Under the pieces are notes generated by a model that saw only the letters and a program-made list of their open reading frames with translations, was not told the origin of the DNA and ran no database searches. DNA of 64,000 bases. Source: Alphaproteobacteria bacterium (GTDB lineage: Bacteria; Pseudomonadota; Alphaproteobacteria; Bin95). Location: the NCBI GenBank assembly GCA_963665325.3, contig CAXXWS020000002.1, positions 128,001 to 192,000 on the forward strand, in the 5' to 3' direction. Within the stretch, counting starts at the first letter, position 1. Each line of letters opens with the position of its first letter. Positions 59,984 through 64,000 of this stretch are shown piece by piece. The translations under genes and the position numbers were made by a program.

Positions 59984-59999
59984 AGCAAACAACGTGCCA
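59984..59999 (-). promoter_or_regulatory. Sigma54 (-24/-12) promoter of the urt-ure operon
   Basis: Minus strand TGGCAC-gttgt-TTGCT matches the RpoN consensus. Confidence 0.85.
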
Positions 60000-60064
60000 A
60001 AACGCGTGAACTGAGCGGTGGAACCGGATGAACGCCATTTCGAGAAGCGGGAACGCTCGAAAAT

Positions 60065-60081
60065 TGCCATATTCTTGCGCA
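60065..60081. promoter_or_regulatory. Possible NtrC-type enhancer site
   Basis: 17-bp TGCcatattcttgcGCA upstream of the sigma54 promoter; a second TGCC...GGCA near 60131-60146. Confidence 0.4.
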
Positions 60082-60190
60082 ATGATGAAATAATAGCCAA
60101 ATCATCGCTGGCTGGCGGTCCAGGAAGGCCTGCCTGTTGATTGGCACCATATCAAAGAGACTTCGTGTTAACGGCGTCGGAAAAATGACG

Positions 60191-60280
60191 AAGTGGACGC
60201 CTCCTCCCACCGGCATCGCGATGTGCCAAGGTGTTGGTGCATTCGAACCCCCTGAAGGAGGAGGCATCCATGGAAGAGGT
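60191..60280 (+). mobile_element. Probable IS110/IS1111-type left-end remnant
   Basis: tggacgcctcctcc (60194-60207) inverted with ggaggaggcatcca (60257-60270), then RBS and ATG GAA GAG GT (MEEV), cut off by the next IS. Confidence 0.5.
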
Positions 60281-60577
60281 CAGGTCGTGGACTCGTAAGC
60301 GCGCAGCCAGATTCTGACGGTTGCGATCTTGATCATGGCGAGGAAGTTGGCCGCGAGCTTTTCGTAGCGGGTGGCGATGCGGCGGAACTGCTTGAGCTTG
60401 TTGAAGGCGCGTTCGATACGATTTCACAATCAACACAACGGTTTGCTGAAGGCGTGCCTGGTCTTCGCGCCTTCTCGGTCGGGGATGATCGCGACGGCAT
60501 CGCGTTGCTCGATCAGGTCACGGATCCATTTGGCGTCATAGGCCTTGTCGGCGATGAGGAAACTGTCGGGCGGCAGG
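60280..60577 (-). pseudogene. IS5-family transposase 3' fragment
   Basis: IADKAYDA...NRIERAFNKLKQFRRIATRYEKLAANF, with internal stops. Confidence 0.85.
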
Positions 60578-60868
60578 TGTCCAACGTCAGCGCCTGTGGG
60601 ACAGGCTGAGGCATTTTCATAAGGGAGGATTTCTGGCTCATCGCAGTGGCCGAAGGGAACGAAGATGAGACAGAAATCCGCGCGCGCCAAAGAGCCTGCC
60701 TAGAAGACGGTCCGTGACATTCGCCGCCGGACGCGCAAGCAGTATTCGGCGGAGGAGAAGATCCGCATCGTGCTGGAAGGGCTGCGTGGCGAGGACAGCA
60801 TCGCCGCGCTGTGCCGGCGCGAAGGGATCGCGGAGAGCCTGTATTACAGTTGGTCGAAAGAGTTTCTT
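60578..60868 (+). pseudogene. IS3-family left end and truncated orfA
   Basis: Starts TGT; ATG 60665 MRQKS, in-frame TAG at 60701, then RKQYSAEEKIRIVLEGLRGEDSIAALCRREGI. Confidence 0.85.
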
Positions 60869-60895
60869 CCGTAGTGGGGCTTTTGTCGTCAAGTG

Positions 60896-60997
60896 TACGA
60901 ACAACGCATCGACGTCTCCGAAGCCAGGATCCATGTGGCCTTGGGAAGCCTCCTGCTACGAAGAATCGCCCATTGAATACATTCTCAAACGGACTCT
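60896..60997 (+). pseudogene. IS5-family (IS1031-like) transposase C-terminal fragment and right end
   Basis: YEQRIDVSEARIHVALGSLLLRRIAH-stop followed by ttctcaaacggactct. Confidence 0.65.
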
Positions 60998-61020
60998 CAG
61001 CGTGACGGGCCTTTGCCCGG

Positions 61021-61042
61021 CCTCCCCCGCAAGCGGGAGAGG
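61021..61042. repeat. Short REP-like palindrome
   Basis: cctcccccgc-aa-gcgggagagg downstream of the CoA-transferase stop. Confidence 0.45.
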
Positions 61043-61089
61043 AGATATTTGAGGCAATCGGCTCAGGCGCCAGTCGGCGATGGCGGGTA

Positions 61090-62217
61090 TCAGGCATCGG
61101 CCCCGAATACGTCCCGCGTATGCGCGCCGAGGCCGGGGGCGGCGCTGCGCACGGGCGGCCGCTCGCCGTCCAGGCTCACCGGCAGCCCGAGCACCGGATA
61201 GCCGGTATCGGGCTCGGTCAGCACCGCGCCGAGCGCCGCCGTCTGCGCATCGTCGGCCGCCTCGCTCACCTTGTTGATCGGCGCGTGCGGCACGCCCGCC
61301 GCCTCCAGCGCCGCCCGCCACGCGGATCGCGGCCGGGTCAGCAGCGCCAGCTGTATGAGCGGGATCAGTGCGGCGCGGTTGGTCAGCCGGTCGCGCACGC
61401 TGGCGAAGCGCGCATCGGTTCCCCATTCGGGCCGGCCGAGCACGTCGCAGAGCCGCCGGTAGAGCCTGTCGTTGCCGGCCGCGATCATGACCGGATCGGT
61501 GGCGGTCTCGAACACCTGGTAGGGGGTGAGCATCGAGTTTCCATTGCCCTGGCGTTCCGGTTCGCGCCCGGTGAACAGATAGTCGGACAATGGCTGATAG
61601 ACCCAGCCGAGGCCGGTCTCGAACAGCGAGACATCGACGCGCCCGCCCTTGCCGGTGCGGTCCCGCCGGCGGAGCGCCGCGAGGATGCCGATGACCGCCC
61701 ACATGCCGGTGCCCGGATCGACGATGGAAGCGCCGGCGCGCATGGGCGGCCCCTCGACCGGCCCGTTCATCGCCATGATGCCGGCATAGGCATGGGCGAG
61801 CGGCTCGTAACCCGGCTTCGAAGACAGAGGTCCGGCCCGGCCGAACGCGCCGACCTCGCAATAGACGAGGCGCGGATTGCGCGCTTCGAGCGCCGCATGG
61901 CCGATGCCGAGCGCCTCCGCCTGGCCGGGGCGCAGATTGTGGACCAGCACATCCGCCCGCTCGACCAGCGCGAGGAACCGGGCCAGCGCCGCCTCGTCCT
62001 TGAAATCCACCACCGCGGAACGCTTGTTGCGGTTGAGGATATGGAAGGCGAGCGGATGGCGTTCGCCGTCCTTTTCCACCAGCCAGAACCGGGCGTCGTC
62101 GCCGCCCGGCTTCTCGATCTTGATGACGTCGGCGCCGAGATCGGCGAGGATCGTGCCGGCGAAGGGGCCGGCGATGTTCTGGCCGATCTCTATTACGGTG
62201 AGGCCGGAAAGCGGCAT
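61090..62217 (-). CDS. Class III CoA transferase (CaiB/BaiF)
   Basis: PLSGLTVIE, AGPFAG..LADLGADVIKIE, NRNKRS, NLRPG, APGLGAHT. Confidence 0.92.
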   Translation of the reverse strand: MPLSGLTVIEIGQNIAGPFAGTILADLGADVIKIEKPGGDDARFWLVEKDGERHPLAFHILNRNKRSAVVDFKDEAALARFLALVERADVLVHNLRPGQAEALGIGHAALEARNPRLVYCEVGAFGRAGPLSSKPGYEPLAHAYAGIMAMNGPVEGPPMRAGASIVDPGTGMWAVIGILAALRRRDRTGKGGRVDVSLFETGLGWVYQPLSDYLFTGREPERQGNGNSMLTPYQVFETATDPVMIAAGNDRLYRRLCDVLGRPEWGTDARFASVRDRLTNRAALIPLIQLALLTRPRSAWRAALEAAGVPHAPINKVSEAADDAQTAALGAVLTEPDTGYPVLGLPVSLDGERPPVRSAAPGLGAHTRDVFGADA

Positions 62218-62319
62218 GGGCGGGTGCGCTCCTGCTGCGCCCGCCGGCGGACAGGGCGAAACCCTTGACCCCGGCGGCGGCTGACGATTCGATGGCCGGG
62301 AACTTAGCAGGGGCGGCAG

Positions 62320-63573
62320 ATGGAACCTAGAAAACTGGCCGCGGACCTCTTCGACGAACTCGCCGACGCCACCCATGACGGGATCGGCATCACGCGGGCG
62401 AGCTATGGCGAGGGCGAGGCGTTCGCGCACGGAGCGGTTGCACGCGCAGCGCAGGCGCTTGGGCTCGAGGTCGAAACCGACCCGGCCTGCAACACCTATA
62501 TGACCTTGCCGGGGACCGACCGCTCGGCGGCGCCGGTGATGATCGGCTCGCACCTGGACTCGGTTGCCGAGGGCGGCAATTTCGACGGCGCTGCGGGCGT
62601 CGTGGCGGGCCTCACGGCGATAGCGGCGCTCCGGCGGCAGGGCGCCGCGCCCGGCCGCGACATCCGCGTCATGGGCATCCGCGCGGAGGAGAGCGCCTGG
62701 TTCGGCACCTCCTATATCGGCAGCCGAGCTGCACTCGGCGCGCTGCCGCCGGGCGCGACCGAGAGCTCGCGGCGGGCGGATACGGGGCGCACGCTGGCCG
62801 AGCATATGCGCGAGGCCGGCGGCGACCCGGATGCGCTCGACCCGCCCTTCCTCGACGCCGGCCGGGTCCACTCCTTCCTGGAGGTGCATATCGAGCAGGG
62901 CCCGGTGCTGGTCGAGCAGGGCCTGCCGGTCGGCATCGTCACCGGCATACGCGGCAACCGCCGCCTGCCGGCCGCGCGCTGCATCGGCGCCTACAGCCAT
63001 TGCGGCGGCATGCCGAGGCGCTCGCGGCAGGACGCCGTGATGGCCACAATGGACCTGATCGCGTGGCTCGACGCGCTCTGGGACGAGCGGGAGGCGGGCG
63101 GGGAGGATTTCGCCTTCACGGTCGGCAAGCTCTCTACCGACCCCGAGCGCCACGCCATGACCATCGTGCCGGGCGAATGCCGCTTTTCGCTCGACATGCG
63201 CTCGCTCGACGCCTCGTTCCTCGACGATCTGGAAGGCCGGCTGGCCGAAGCGGCGCGGAATATCGAGGCGCGGCGCGGCGTCGCCTTCGAGCTGGGCGCG
63301 CCCACCCGCGCCGCGCCCGGCGTGCTGGACGAGGCCATCCGCAGCGGCTTTCTGGCCTGTGCGCGGCACATGGGCGTGCCGCATAACGAGATGGCGAGCG
63401 GGGCAAGCCACGACTCCGCCGCCTTCGCCGCCGCCGGGGTGCCGACCGCCATGATCTTCGTGCGCAACCCGAATGGCAGCCATAATCCCGACGAGGCGAT
63501 GGACCTCGACGATTTCATGGCCGCGGTGGACATACTGACCCGCTGGCTCGCAACCGAAGGAACGCGCGCATGA
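62320..63573 (+). CDS. M20 Zn amidohydrolase (N-carbamoyl-amino acid/allantoate amidohydrolase family)
   Basis: GSHLDSV, GNFDGAAG, AEES, EVHIEQGP, SGASHD, GSHNPDE. Confidence 0.9.
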   Translation: MEPRKLAADLFDELADATHDGIGITRASYGEGEAFAHGAVARAAQALGLEVETDPACNTYMTLPGTDRSAAPVMIGSHLDSVAEGGNFDGAAGVVAGLTAIAALRRQGAAPGRDIRVMGIRAEESAWFGTSYIGSRAALGALPPGATESSRRADTGRTLAEHMREAGGDPDALDPPFLDAGRVHSFLEVHIEQGPVLVEQGLPVGIVTGIRGNRRLPAARCIGAYSHCGGMPRRSRQDAVMATMDLIAWLDALWDEREAGGEDFAFTVGKLSTDPERHAMTIVPGECRFSLDMRSLDASFLDDLEGRLAEAARNIEARRGVAFELGAPTRAAPGVLDEAIRSGFLACARHMGVPHNEMASGASHDSAAFAAAGVPTAMIFVRNPNGSHNPDEAMDLDDFMAAVDILTRWLATEGTRA

Positions 63574-64000
63574 CCCGCATTGGCATTCTCGACGACTATC
63601 AGGGCATCGCGATGCAGATGGCCGACTGGGACAGCCTGCCGGACGGCTGCCAGGTGGAGGTGTTCCACGACCATGTGGCCGACCCGGCCGCGCTGGCGGA
63701 CCGCCTCGGGGATTTCGAGATCCTCTGCATCATGCGCGAGCGCACGCCCTTCCGGCGCGACATGCTCTCGCGGCTGCCGAACCTGAAGCTGCTGGTGACG
63801 ACGGGCATGCGCAACGCCTCGGTGGATGTGGCGGCGGCTCACGAGCACGGCATCACGGTCTGCGGCACTGCCGGCAGCGCGCACACCACGCCCGAGCTCA
63901 CCTGGGGGCTGATCCTAGCGCTCCAGCGGCATATCCCTGCCGAGGACCGGGCGATGAAGGCCGGCGCCTGGCAGACGACCGTCGGGCGCGGCCTCGCCGG
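63570..64000 (+). CDS. D-2-hydroxyacid dehydrogenase family protein (runs off the window edge)
   Basis: Manual translation MTRIGILDDYQ...MRERTPF...LPNLKLLVTTGMRNASVD...TPELTWGLIL; ATGA overlap. Confidence 0.88.
   Translation, partial: MTRIGILDDYQGIAMQMADWDSLPDGCQVEVFHDHVADPAALADRLGDFEILCIMRERTPFRRDMLSRLPNLKLLVTTGMRNASVDVAAAHEHGITVCGTAGSAHTTPELTWGLILALQRHIPAEDRAMKAGAWQTTVGRGLA

Noticed and set aside
55847-60031. 1394-aa plus-strand ORF, and similar long ORFs at 35541-38891, 24021-26537 and 9749-11773
   Set aside because: Antisense shadows of well-supported genes in GC-rich DNA, with no recognisable motifs.
1-64000. CRISPR array, tRNA or rRNA genes
   Set aside because: No regularly spaced repeat-spacer units or recognisable tRNA/rRNA sequence seen by eye; tRNAscan-SE and Infernal were not run.

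Overview
GC-rich bacterial DNA, most consistent with an alphaproteobacterium (dnaB-alr-mlaE-mlaF-radA-cvpA-purF-SDR gene order, sigma54-driven urtABCDE-ureDABCEFG). Positions 1-22 kb hold a large catabolic and transport region for N-containing compounds: a NitT/TauT ABC transporter, a dimethylformamidase beta-like enzyme, a flavoprotein, a class IV transaminase, a Cys-less Asp/Glu-racemase-fold protein, hydantoinase A/B, TRAP, a 2OG-Fe oxygenase and an LLM oxidoreductase. Positions 23-32 kb are housekeeping genes. Positions 32-41 kb hold an RNase J-like plus PD-(D/E)XK gene pair, a non-canonical Sdh/Frd-like operon and an AAA-DUF4143 gene bounded by 29-bp direct repeats. The urease locus (45-60 kb) has ureC split by a 4383-bp TG...CA element with a 4-bp target duplication. 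That element encodes a Zn-ribbon/HTH protein, a DDE transposase, an ExeA-like AAA ATPase and a RepA-like helicase, followed by iteron-like repeats and a large hairpin; it is the best candidate for an undescribed system. Also present are two copies of a MITE, a REP-like palindrome, a low-GC secreted Sel1/TPR-like gene and a nest of IS remnants. No rRNA, tRNA or CRISPR array was seen. Product calls come from motifs recognised by eye; no database searches were run.
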